From contig QPGO01000215.1 in assembly GCA_008632985.1 (NCBI GenBank), positions 1-64,000 on the forward strand: a DNA stretch of 64,000 bases, given 5' to 3'. The position numbers and the translations under genes are program-made. Shown here piece after piece: positions 51,127-63,371 of this stretch. Each line of letters opens with the position of its first letter. Position 1 is the first letter of the stretch. Origin of the DNA: Psammoneis japonica. Its lineage: Eukaryota. The notes under the pieces were generated by a model that had not been told where the DNA came from, searched no databases, and worked only from the letters and a program-made list of their open reading frames with translations.

Positions 51127-52347
51127 AACATGTTTGTTTTCCTTGAAACGACACGTTTATTTTCCTTGAAACAACATGTTTGTTTTCCTTGAAATGACAC
51201 GTTTGTTTTCCTTGAAACGACATGTTTGTTTTTCTTCAAATGACATGTTTGTTTTCCTTGAAACCACATGTTTGTTTTCCTTGAAACGACACGTTTGTTT
51301 TCCTTGAAAAGACATGTCAGTTTTCCTTGAAACGACATGTTTGTTTTTCTTTAAACAACACGTTTGTTTTCCTTGAAACCACATGGTCGTTTTCCTTGAA
51401 ATGACACGTTTGTTTTCCTTGAAAAGACACATTTGTTTTCCTTGAAACGACACGTTTGTTTCACATGTTTGTTTTCCTTGAAACGACATGTTTGTTTTCC
51501 TTGAAAAGACATGTTTGTTTTCCTTGAAATGACATGTTTGTTTTCCCTGAAATGACATGTCTGTTTTCCTTGAAACCACATGTTTGTTTTCCTTGAAAAG
51601 ACATGTTTGTTTTCCTTGAAACGACATGTTTGTTTTCCTTGAAAAGACATGTTTGTTTTCCTTGAAACCACATGTTTGTTTTCCTTGAAAACACATGTTT
51701 GTTTTCCTTGAAACGACATGTTTGTTTTCCTTGAAATGACACATTTGTTTTCCTTGAAAAGACGTGTTTGTTTTCACTGAAAACATGTGTTTGTTTTCCT
51801 TTAAACGACAAGTTTGTTTTTCTTGAAACAACATGTTTGTTTTTCTTGAAACGACACGTTTGTTTTTCTTGAAACGACACGTTTGTTTTCCTTGAAACGA
51901 CATGTTTGTTTTCCTTGAAGCAACACATTTGTTTTCCTTGGAACGACGTGTTTGTTTTCCTTGAAACGACATGTTTGTTTTCCTTGAAACAACATGTTTG
52001 TTTTCCTTGAAACGACATGTTTGTTTTCCTTGAAAAGACATGTTTGTTTTCCTTGAAAAGACATGTTTGTTTTTCTTAAAAAAAAACACATGTTTGTTTT
52101 TCTTGAAAGACATGTTTGTTTTCATTGAAACGACACATTTGTTTTCATTGAAAGGACACATTTGTTTTCCTTGAAACAACATGTTTGTTTTCCTTGAAAT
52201 GACATGTTTGTTTTCTTTCAAACAACATGTTTGTTTTCTTTGAAGCGGCATGTTTGTTTTCCTTAAAAAGACATGTTTGTTTTCCTTGAAAAGATGTGTT
52301 GTTTTCCTTGAAAAGACACGTTTATTTTCCTTGAAAAGACATGTTTG
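51127..52347 (-). repeat. 23-bp satellite array
   Basis: Tandem monomers. Confidence 0.97.
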
Positions 52348-53320
52348 TCGGGGTTGTTGAATGCAGGTGGGGCGACTTTTGTCAAGCAAGTGACCTCAGC
52401 CCATTTCTGGGTTGCTGGTTCACGCACGTGTGTGCGGAAAAAGGGAGGGACTTGAGCCCCCGGCCTCGTCCTGCATCGGCGAAGCTCTGCCGCTGAGCTT
52501 GCCTTTTTGCAGACACGCCAGGGACCAGTCAGAGCATCCAATTTGTTCTGAGTGCTGGTGGTTTGCCAGCACCCAGAGGTCCTGTCCCGCTGGCATGTTG
52601 GCTCGAGCAGGTGTGCTTGCAGACACGGGACTGTGAACGTCGCCTTGTCTTCTGCGCTGGGTTCGCAGCTTCAAGGTGTGGTCAGCACCTCTGCTCCCTT
52701 GGGGGTTTGCCATGGCTTTGCATGTGTTCTTCCAAGTGTTTTGCTTGGAGGTTTCCAATGTTTGCTTGGTCGAAGGCGTCGCTGCTGCGCCCTTCCCCAA
52801 GTGGGACAGGGCCACCCGTTCCTGGCTGCTGGGGTTCCAGCTGGGGTGCACTGCCCAGGGTTGGGGTTCGCACAGTGTGGGGTGGGGCTCAGCTGGGGAA
52901 CACCCCCCTTCCTTGCTGTGCCCAGGGTTGGGGTTTGCACGGTGTGGGGCAGGGCTCAGTTGGGGAACACCCCCCTTCCTGTCATGGGTTGTCATGTGAG
53001 CGGGCGCTTGCCGAGTTGGGGTCGACCGCAAAGCAGCCCCCTGTCACACCTCATTGTCGAAGCATTCACACAGGTTTGTCAGGGTTGTTGAACACAGGTG
53101 GGGCAACTTCGTCAAGCAAGTGACCTCAACCCGTTTCTGGGTTGCCGGTTCAAGCACGTGTGTGCGGAAAAAGCGAGGGGCTCGAACCCCCGGCCTCGTC
53201 CTGCGATCGGCGAAGCTCCGCCACTGAGCTTGCCTTTTCACTGACACGTTGAGGACCAATCAGAGCATCCAATTTGTTCTGAGTGCTGATGGTTTGCCAG
53301 TGCCCAGAGGTCCTGTCCTG
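52345..53320. repeat. ~245-bp direct repeats ~730 bp apart, enclosing a G-rich 67-bp tandem dimer
   Basis: TTTGTCRGGGTTGTTGAA at ~52345 and ~53075. CCCAGGGTTGGGGTT at 52854 and 52921. Confidence 0.75.
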
Positions 53321-53559
53321 AGGGCCAAAGTTGAAACCAAGTTCAAACTGATGACCACTGAAAGAAACCAAACCATGCATCACAAAAAACAGATGTCAAT
53401 CCCAGTTGAACCAAACATTGCATGCACTCAATTGAAGCTTGTGCAAGAAAGCCAAAATGAGACATCAGATGAAGTGCACAAAGCAGCTGCACTTTTTGTT
53501 GAGCACTGTTGCTGGCAGTTTTCAAATTTGGTTTGCTGACAATTTTGACAGCGCACATT

Positions 53560-55930
53560 GACAAATTGACAAAAGAAAGTGGAGGTCATTGTGTTGCAGC
53601 CTCTGATGCTCAGGTGGACAAGCCTGTTTCGGAAGAAGCACCAAGGGACTCTGACAAGTCAGGTGAGAAGCCTGCTGCCAATGCAGGCAACCAACTTGGA
53701 TGTGGTGATCACAAGAAAACTTCCAAAGAGGAATGAAAAGTTGTGCCAGCACCAAATGGTTTGGAGTTGATTTGCTCCACACCTGCTGGCACCATGCATT
53801 TGTCTGGGCGATTCCTCAAAGACATCCATTGGTCCCCAACATCAGCTTTCAAGTCCATTTCTTGAGCAATGAACTGCTTGGACTCATGTGCTGATGCTTG
53901 TGCTGCAGGCTCCATTTGCTCTTTTTGCTCTCCAATGAGCATGAACCCATCAGAGACATGCGCATTTGCGCAGCGGCAACCATGTGGGTTGACCCAGAAG
54001 ATGGTCAACCACACTTGCCACTGGCCCACAATGAGGCCATGTTCTTTGGGGACCACATGACCAGCGCGCTGCCATGCCCCAATCAACTGCAGGCAAATGG
54101 GCTGTCTGTCCATGACACACCCCACCAATTTGAAGAGAACAGCACTCATTCCACCACATTTGCCAACTTGGAAATTGGGGCACCCTTGTGCCTTGATGGC
54201 ATCTCATTGGTCTTTGACTTGCGCAAACCAACTGAAGATCCACATGACGGGTGTGGCCCTGATGTTCACCCGGGTTGCAACGAGCACCAGTGCTCACATG
54301 TGTTGTTGACCTCAGACAACGTGTCACTGTCACTCCTGAGATCTCATCTAAGAGGTGAGATGTCAGCCTGATGGCTGCCAAGAACACCCTTGGAGTTGTG
54401 ACCCAGGCTGGGGTCTGGAGCATCTGCGCTCCATCTGAGCCGAAGGTTTGGAAGAAAGCACCCTGGGTCAAGTTCCCTGTTGTGAAGGGGTGCTTCTGCT
54501 CAGACCAGATGTTTTCAAAGACTGGGTCAACACACGGCGAGACAGGGGGCAGTGTCTTCACCAATGGAGGGGGGTGTGACAAGCTCTTAGAAAAGGAAGT
54601 GGGGCCATCCCAAATCTGCCATGTCCTTTGTCCATGACAGTGTCGGTGTTCTGCAGACCCTTGTGTTGGATGGCATGCCAGAAATGGCAGAAGGCCAAAC
54701 AAAGGAAGTTTGCAAAGAACACAGGATGCACCAGGAAGTGTCTGTTCCATGCAGTCCCTAGCAGAACCTGGCCAAGGCATCCATTTGAGAGTCAGGAGGG
54801 TGGCTCCATGCCAGACTGGCATGCCACAACAACTGTGATCCTGTTGCGCCCAATGATGGGCACATGACATCCAGTGCTTCATGCCTCTGCACCTGACATC
54901 TCAGCTCTCTCACTTTTTGATTGGCGTCAACCTGCACATTGCTGCGTGCCTGTGGAGGAATTCCCGCACAAGAAGAAGTGCATTGGATGTCCTCAGAGCA
55001 GCCCTCAACTGCATGGACGAGGTGGCACTTGTTGTGCTGCCGGAATCAGGCAGACCCATCATTCCAAAAGATGCATGGGAAATGCCCAAGGATGACTTCA
55101 AGACTCCAGCCATTGAGGCAAACTTGGCCTCAGTCAACCAGGCTTTGATCGAATGCCTTGGCACCCTGGGTGGGGGCGCAAAGATTGATTTCCCATGCAA
55201 CCCAGACAATTTGATGGATGGCAAATGGGGTGACACCCTGGAGCCCATGGAGCTGGACTCAGCCTGCAACAAAGCAGATGGCCACACCCTGGAGGGGGCA
55301 GATGAATTCCTTGCTGCTCAGGTGATGTTGCTGCAAGAAGGAGGTGAGCTGACCCATGCTTGGTTCATTGCCCACAAGCATGACAGCGACGGGGCTCCTG
55401 TTGGCAAGAGGAACAACAACCTGGTCCCAGACTCTGGGGTGCATGATGTGGAATTCCCAGATGGATCCACTGACTCCCACACTGCTGATGCAGCTTCAGA
55501 GAATCCTTTTGCCTGAACAGACTCTGAAGGCAACACACACCAGCATTGTGAAGGAAATGTGGTTGATCACCAAAGTGATGCCCACACCATTGAGGCTGAT
55601 GATGGCTGCGTGTCAACTGTGGCTGGGCGGCATTTGCCTGGAATGATGACCACAGGCTGGGACCTGCAGGTCAAATGGAAGGATGGCACCACTTCCTGGG
55701 TTCCTCTCAAGGACTTGAAGGAATGGAACCCAGCCAAGGAAGCAGCTGGCAAACCAGCACTCAACTGGTGGGTCTGAGATGTGCCATGTTGCAGGGCCAG
55801 GTTCTTCAAAAAAATTCAATCTGCACTGCTGGAAACTTGTGAAGCCATTGAGACAGACAACAGAAAGGGGGCAGATTTTTGGCTCAAAGCCATTGAAAAG
55901 GACATGCAAAACATCAGAGGGCGCAACGTG
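53560..55930 (+). pseudogene. Older, degraded copia family B relative (gag end, PR, IN, RT start)
   Basis: ANAGNQLG, DSCADA, KKAPWVKFPVVKG, EFPDG, GWDLQVKWKDG. Many frameshifts. Confidence 0.78.
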
Positions 55931-56338
55931 GTGATCTGGCTTTGTCTTTTCATTGTGATTTTCATCTCTTTAACAGACAAAATTTTTACAGCTTCAAACC
56001 TCATTGGTTGTGCAGCTGGCAAAAAAATTCAATCTGTGACAGTCAATTTTTTTTCACCACAGAGACATCTTTTCATCTGTGAGAACAAACCTCAACTGTG
56101 CAAACGTCCCCCTCTTTTCCCAGTTGGCATGTGCCTTCTTTCACTGCAACTGCTGATGATCAACATCATTGTCAATTTTCACATCACATGACAGTTTTAC
56201 AATTTAAAGGGATGAACACAATGAACTTGGTCAACTCTTTTCAATCAACCAAGACACATCGCTGTGGTTTTTTAACATCCATTGTCAATCAATGCTGAGT
56301 TGATCCTGCAGTCCTGGTGGTCCACATTTCCAATTTGC

Positions 56339-57541
56339 TCACACTGGAGTCTCATTTCCTTCACTTCCGTCACTGTCTTCCTGGCTGGCTTCATCTTCCT
56401 CCTCATTTTCTCCGCCACCTGGTGTCTCCGTTGCTTCATCTTCCTCCTCGTCGTCACTAGAAAGTTCCAATGTGGCCTGCGTTCTCGTCTCCGTTTTCGC
56501 TGGCTCTTGAGTGGTTCTCGCCTTTTTTCCCTTTTCTTTGCTCTCCTTTTTCTTTTCGTCTGTGTGCCACGTGTCGAAATGCACACTGTGCTCTCTTGCC
56601 CTGTCTTCCTTTGCCTCCTTTGGCGATGCGTTGAAGTGCTTCATTCCTTCATCCTTCCAAGAGTCACGCTGTCACGACGGGTCCGTGTGCAATGGAGCCG
56701 GTTTTTCCTCTTCGCTCCCTTCCTCATCTAACTCCTGCATCTTCTTGTGCTCCCAAACCTTCCAGCAGTTTTCCATCATCAACAGGGCCAGTGCCTTGTT
56801 GCTTGCAGTGGCCAGATCTGTGGCCTTGGTGCTTCCGGACTCTGCCATCCTCCTCCACATTGCAGTGCTCTTTGTGAATTTTAGGGTGTTGTCATAGAAC
56901 CATGCGCGCGCCTCTCTGTTCTTTTGCTTCTCCACTGCAATTGTGTCCACTGTCCCATCCTCCCAAGTTGCAATGAACTCTTCCTCAATGTTGGCTTTGT
57001 TCTGTTTCCGCTTCTTTCCGGATCTCTTCTTCCTTGCTTCTTTCTTTTTTTTGTCTCGGATTTCCTCTGCTTGTTTTTCTGTTGTGACGACTGCAGAAAA
57101 ACAAGCAATTCATTGGTGGCACCACTTTCCATTCTCGCTTTGGAAATGCTCCATTCCTCCTCACTTGCCACTCATTGCACTCCTCATCATCATCTGACAC
57201 ACGGTGTTTCTTTTTGCGTTGATTGCATTGAGCACGCTTTTTTTAGCCCAGTCATCTCATGATCCCACCCACTCACGCTTGCTGAACTTGCCATCTGCTG
57301 TGTTTTTGCGCACTGGCCTTGACACCTTGCCACCACTTGCCATGTCCGCCTTCACAAGGAATTTCGCCTTTGGGAACAGCTCTCTCCGTGCCACCTCTTC
57401 CACCTCTCTCTTTGGTGACTTGTGATCCGCCGCAGCCCCTGACCGCTGCAATGTTGCCGTGAGCCTCAGGCTGTGGGGCGCTCCCTCTGCCCCTGCAGCA
57501 TCCATCTTAGCCGCTTTCTTCCTCCTTCCCATCGCCCTCAA
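56339..57541 (-). pseudogene. Fragmented acidic/Lys-rich transposon accessory ORF
   Basis: Collinear minus-strand ORFs (ELFPKAKFL, WFYDNTLK, ALALLMMENCW, acidic tail). The N-terminal part resembles the repeat A ORF. Confidence 0.5.
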
Positions 57542-57855
57542 CTCACTGTGTTGCTGTCAGTTCCTCCTGTCTGCAATCGTGCAGTGCAACAGCTCTTGCA
57601 AGGAAGATTGTCTTTGCAAAATTTCAAACCTGTTCCTGACACTTTATGGTGACACTGCCTCCCCATCCTTGTGTGTCATTGGCTGTCAAATCTTTCCCAA
57701 ATCATCACATTTGCCAATTTTTGTCATCTGGCTTTGAAAACCACACACTTGGTCATGTTTGTTTCAGCTCAAGTGACCAATTGTTCAATTTGAATTGCAC
57801 AATTAAATGTCAATGACAATTTCGACATGCAACTAGATAACTGCATTTGAAACTT

Positions 57856-59229
57856 TCAATTGTGCAGAATCATGCATGAACATTGGCCGCTGCAGGTCAG
57901 AAGTTTGCATCCAAGCACCACGCGCTCTCCAATGGAAACTTGGCACCAAAACGATCTCCAATCCAATTCTTCCATTGCATCCTCCTCTAAATGGACAATG
58001 ACAAAATTGCTGCACCTCCCCTCACATGAGCAACCAGTCATGCGATCAAACACACTGGTTGCCTCACTGACACACCCAACGAAACGCTCGACGTGATTGC
58101 GACGAATCGTTTCCTTTTTCATTTTTAGATGTTGTCTCCGTAGTCTCCTGTCCTTTTCATTGTCACAACAGCCAAAGGACCCCCCACCCAAGCCCATTTT
58201 CTCGATTTTTTCCAAGATCCAACCGTCAACCTTCCCAGGTGTCAATTCAAAGAACTCCATTTCGTCACACCACCACAACCTGCAAGGTGCGTCTCGCTCT
58301 GCTTGTCGCTCGAACAAATGCGCTAGCTTCCTTGCATCAAACATGATGCCATTTTGGTCCACAACCAGTTTGTGCACATTTCCCAAACCGTTGTCCAATG
58401 CGAGTGGTCCGCAATTCCCGCTTTGGTCCATTCCATGTGTGGGCAAGCTGAGGGTTGATTCCCCACTTAACGAATCAACATCTTGCTTGTCAATCGCCAG
58501 ACAAAGCTCGCCCTCCCTTGATCCAGCTGCAAACTCATCAAACAGCTCATCGCTTGGGTTGTTTGACCAACCGCTTGCCGCATGCTGTTCTCCCTGCCTC
58601 TCCAGGTGTGTTGCCATCAAGTTCCAATGCTGGCGTGTTTTGTGAGCATTCCTCGCTCGCTCGATGATCAAACTTGAATGCTTGTCCTTGTCGTGAATGG
58701 AGAACATGGCCTGTGCAGTGTGCATGCATTCCCTCACTTCCCTGGTCCATTCATGGATGTTCTCACACACCCGGCTCATGATGTTGCACTTGGTCTCCCA
58801 CAGTTCCTTCCATTTCTCCTTGATGGTCCGTTCATCTCTTTCCATGATCATCAAATGAATCTCCCAAATTTCTTCGACATCTGTGGGCTCTCTGCCCAAG
58901 TCACCGCGCGTGACTTTGCTGTGCAAGCCAATTAAACTGCACATGTCCATGCAGTCTCTTTGCAAGCAGGGGTTGTTGGATGGTTCCTTCCTGCCGGTGC
59001 CCAACCATCGACCCGGCTCTTTTTTGGCTGCGCTGCAGTCCACCTCCATCTTTTCCTCTTTTGCTTCTTGTCCCATGCTCTCCACCTCAGCCAGTTTCCT
59101 CCAGCAGTCATCAGGCCAGCGTGCCAGCAACGAATCGTTCTGGACAATGGAAGCCATGGTGCAACTGCAGGTCACTCGCACGGCTGTGGCACAACGGGTG
59201 TTGTTTTTGATGCGTTGACACCGTCCCAA
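57856..59229 (-). CDS. Hypothetical 457-aa protein, probable transposon accessory ORF
   Basis: Long non-repetitive ORF divergent from the transposase. Tyr-free and Cys/His-rich. Confidence 0.4.
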   Translation of the reverse strand: MGRCQRIKNNTRCATAVRVTCSCTMASIVQNDSLLARWPDDCWRKLAEVESMGQEAKEEKMEVDCSAAKKEPGRWLGTGRKEPSNNPCLQRDCMDMCSLIGLHSKVTRGDLGREPTDVEEIWEIHLMIMERDERTIKEKWKELWETKCNIMSRVCENIHEWTREVRECMHTAQAMFSIHDKDKHSSLIIERARNAHKTRQHWNLMATHLERQGEQHAASGWSNNPSDELFDEFAAGSREGELCLAIDKQDVDSLSGESTLSLPTHGMDQSGNCGPLALDNGLGNVHKLVVDQNGIMFDARKLAHLFERQAERDAPCRLWWCDEMEFFELTPGKVDGWILEKIEKMGLGGGSFGCCDNEKDRRLRRQHLKMKKETIRRNHVERFVGCVSEATSVFDRMTGCSCEGRCSNFVIVHLEEDAMEELDWRSFWCQVSIGERVVLGCKLLTCSGQCSCMILHN

Positions 59230-59674
59230 TGGTGGAACTGACGGACGTGGAACAACGCGTGCCTTTTCACTGCGCGTGCAAGTTAAAGAATTGACAGTGA
59301 GTGGTGGTCACAAAATGTTCCAAAGACTGTGTTCCAACTTGCTCTTCCCTTTCCGTTGGCAATTTTTGCATTCTCATTTGTTGTGCAACACGAAAGTGTT
59401 CAATTGTCCCAACGCATTCTTTTGACAGGCAACTGTGAAAGCATTCATCAATGCAAAAAAATCAATGATCACCATTTTCGTGCCAATTTCGTGTCTTGTT
59501 TCCCGCCAACCCTCACAACACACATGCCGTCCACATGACCAAACCTCAGCCACAACCATTCGTGCAATCATTCTTGCCGATCCTTTGCTGTTTCTTTCCA
59601 CCAAAACACCACAATGGAAATGCCGCAGTCCGAAAACAAGGCTGAAGAAGCAATCACCTGTCCCTGTTGCCATC

Positions 59675-60072
59675 GACGCGTTCCAGACGCAGGTGGGAAT
59701 CCGTGTGACATTGGGCCCGTGGACTTCTGCGTGCGAGCTCTGCAGTGAAATTGTGCGGCAATTAAAATGTCAATGATCGCCAACAGAAAATGAGGCAATT
59801 TTGCGAACGCACAAACTCGCACATGATTGAAGCACATCATTTTTTACTTGGCCAGTTACATTCTTCAGACATTGAAGAATGTAACTGGCGCATCATTGTT
59901 TCTATAAATTTGTCATGTGTGAAACGTCTGGGGCTTCGCAAAACAGTGAGTCTGGACAATTTTTTTTAAATGTCACACGTAGAAATCTATGCACGAAACA
60001 TGCGACGGATGACAAAAATCATTGTTGTCACACGTCAGTGCTACGAGCTCCCACCTGGGGCTGGAACGCGTC
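59675..60072. mobile_element. MITE family 1-related, TSD CATC
   Basis: CATC|GACGCGTTCCAGACGCAGGTGGGA ... CCCACCTGGGGCTGGAACGCGTC|CATC. Confidence 0.88.
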
Positions 60073-60348
60073 CATCGCTCCTTCCAGCGCATGCTTGGTC
60101 ACTTAAATTGCAATCCACAATGTCTCTCAGTTGCTTGCGAATTGTCCAACTTGGCGTCACAAGGTGCGCCGGGACCCAACTTGTCACCCGATGCTTGTGT
60201 CAAAGTGGTTGGAAGGCGGAGCAACTCTTGGAATGCAAATTTGCATTCAATGGCTTCTCGTGGACTCGATTCTTCCTCGTCATCCAACGACACCTCCACA
60301 CATGGATTGAGACGATCGAGATGAGGGGCCTCCATTTCCAATGCCTGC

Positions 60349-63300
60349 ATGGCTGGTTCCACACGTTCGTCCGAACCACCTTCTGACGCTCCATGGTCAC
60401 CAGCATTCGAAGACAACATGTCCCCTCTCTCCTCCATTTGCGGCCCTGATGACAGTCACTTCATGTCACTGGAGATGCTTTCAGATGAAAGCAGTGACAC
60501 AGAAGCAAACTCTTTTGCCATGCTGTCAGACGTCACCATGGATCTTCCAGACAGCAATGTAACGGATGACACGCAAGTGTCTCAAGGGAACATTTCCTCT
60601 CTGTTGGATGACAGCCGATTGGGCAACATCTACCAACACCCCGCCGAGGTGGCCTTTGCCGGCTTGTCGGCATTGAGCAACCTGAACGGGGCCTGTGTGG
60701 AGTTGAGCAAGCTCATGGATGACTGCAGAGTGCCGCTCCACCTTTGCGACGACATTGGGGGATTTGTCGAAAGACATTGCGGCACCACATTCAAGCTTGG
60801 GACCAAAACACCTTGTCGCAATGCACTGATGGAAACTCTTTCCAAATCGTTCCCCGGACCTCAACGAGAGATGATGCCGGTCAACCTGGAAACTCCAAGC
60901 GGCGAACGGGGTGAGAAAACTGCAATGGTTCCAAGATGGAACTTCCAAGAGGTTTGGGAATCACACATGCTTGACACTCACATGTGGGCTGAAAAAGGAA
61001 TCTTGCGGACACACACAATCCTTTTGGAGTGCACGTTGCCAAGGGCTCGGATGACAAATGCGTCTTGGCCGGAGAGTGGTGCAGGAGCACATGTTCGGCT
61101 AGAGTCAAGGACCCACTAAAACAGTTCTTGGAATGTTTGATGGTTTGTGTAGACAAGACAGGACAAACAGCTTTGATGGGATCTTCTTGCAGAGAACCAG
61201 TGATGGCAACCTCCGCGCATGTTGCCTTCAAACAGTGGCACAACAAAGCCAAGTGGAGAGTTCTTGGATGCATTCCCGACCTTAAAAAAATGTCTTCTTC
61301 CACAGCCAATCAGCAGTCCAATGCACGCAAGTCGGAAAAGGGCCAAAGTCTTCGTGAGTGCCACAAGGTTTTGAAAACCACACTTCAGCCTTTGCTTGAC
61401 GCAATGGAGCTGGGTGGCTTCAAATGTCATGTGCGACAAGGCGACGAGATCCATCACCTTCATGCACTTCCAACCATGATCCTAATCAATGGAGATGCAA
61501 AGAGCAGAGACTGCCTTGTGGGCAGGTGCGGCGCGAAGAATTGTCGCCAACGCTGCTCCCGTTTTTGCATGACGGGATGCAATGACCTTGACGACCCTTG
61601 GAAGGAGTTTGAGCTGGTGTGTGCTGGCGACTTGCTGCGAGTTCAGTGCATGGCCAATGATGAAAGTCTTGAAGACAAGGAGTGGAATCACTGGAGGGAA
61701 GAACTGCACTGCATGAAGCAACACAATGTTCCAACCAACAGTTTGCTGTCTGCAGACTTTGGCGAGCAACCATTCGGAGTGACTCTTTCCACGGCCAGCA
61801 ACATGATGCACTTGCATGAAAATGGCACTCTGAAAAGGGAGGTCCATGTGTTTGTAGACAGCATGGCTGCAAATGTGAGAAAGAAGGTGGGCGGACTGGT
61901 GGAAAAGATGTTCGGGAATCACCGATCCACATGCAGTTCCTCCTTTCTGCGCACCAATTTCAAAGGTGGGGCCACTTCACTCACCTTCTTAAACTCTCAT
62001 CACTGGGTGGGGATGGCCTTTGTCTTTTACCTTCTGTTGCTTGCAAAGGTGGGTTGCGAGGTCTGCGCATCCTGCTTCAGCGAAGAAGACGCGGAGGAAC
62101 CTTCACTTCCCTTGGGTTGCCGCATCCCAAAATTCAGAATGGACAGAATCTACATCCCTCAAGAATGCGATCTGGAGGATGATCACCAGGCAGCAGTTGA
62201 TCTAGACGACAGAGAAGACGCGGCAGCCAACAAATGCAACACTGACCATTCTGTGGAAAACAACGACAATGATTCAGACAACGAAGGAGAGGGCAAGGGC
62301 AAGAGAGCCAACAAAAAGAGAATCCCAATTAGATGCAGCATTCACCAGCATGCAAAGCTGCTCGAAGACATGCTTGCATTCCATGCATGGTGCAAGCTGG
62401 GCAACCCTCCTTCAGACAGAAACGACCTTCAAAAGATTGCAAAGAAAATTCGTTTGCTTGTTGCTCGCACAGTCCATTTCTCCCTCTTCTGCCGGCATGC
62501 CATGAGTTTCGATGCTGGTCTTGGCAAATCATTGTTGAAGGACTTTTTCAAATTGCCAGCCGCGGCGGATCAACAGCGGAGCTTTGATGTCTTCTTGGGT
62601 CAGGTGGCATCTCACATGGAAGACCAAATGATGGTTCACCGAGCCATCTCCGCCAATCCATGGATTGCAAACAAATCTGCTTGCAAAATGCTTGCGGTGG
62701 GCGATGCGGCCAATCACCATCTGGGTGGTTCCTCGCACGTGTTGAAGTGCAATGCTTTGAACAAGGCTGTTTTGTTCCTGTGGAAGGGAAAACAAAAGCA
62801 TTGTCAGGTGCACCCTGTTCTCCTCAAATTTGCAGGGAAAAAATGGAAGGAATGTGTTGGTGACAGAGAGAACCAGACAAAAAGCATTCTTTGCAAAACT
62901 GAGTGTTGCAACAAAAACGGAATCGACACTTGCCGCACGCACCCAGACCATGACAGTGAAGGCGCCATTCATGACTGGGCAAATGCAAACTTTGGAACTC
63001 GGCGTGGTGATTTGTTCTTCCCTTCACGACTTCATTCTTTCTTTCAAAGAATTGGCGACGGTGAGTCATTTGCAATTGTGCATCCTTGTGCTTGCCAGGC
63101 GGACAAGCGCACCATGGTGGAACGCACGCAACACACTGACCTTGTCAGTCGATGGCAATTGGATCAAGTGAAAAACCAAGAGTTGTCCACACGCAAAAAA
63201 GCCGTGTGTGCTCCAAAGCTGCACTTGGTTCCAATCAAGGCTGTTGGTGAAAAATTGCAGGTGTGCGAGGAACAACTGGGAATCACAGAGTCACACGAGA

Positions 63301-63371
63301 AGACAAAGCACGTTTGGGCAGTTCAAGACAGGAGAAAAACATGGGCGGCCAAGTTTCACAATGGCGGTTGA
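60349..63371 (+). pseudogene. Plavaka-like (CACTA-related) transposase, frameshifted near 61000
   Basis: Motif series recognised from memory: CVDKTG, EPVM, WRVLGCIP, HKVL, INGDAKSRDCLVGR, MHLHENG, CRTHPDH...DWA. Confidence 0.65.
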
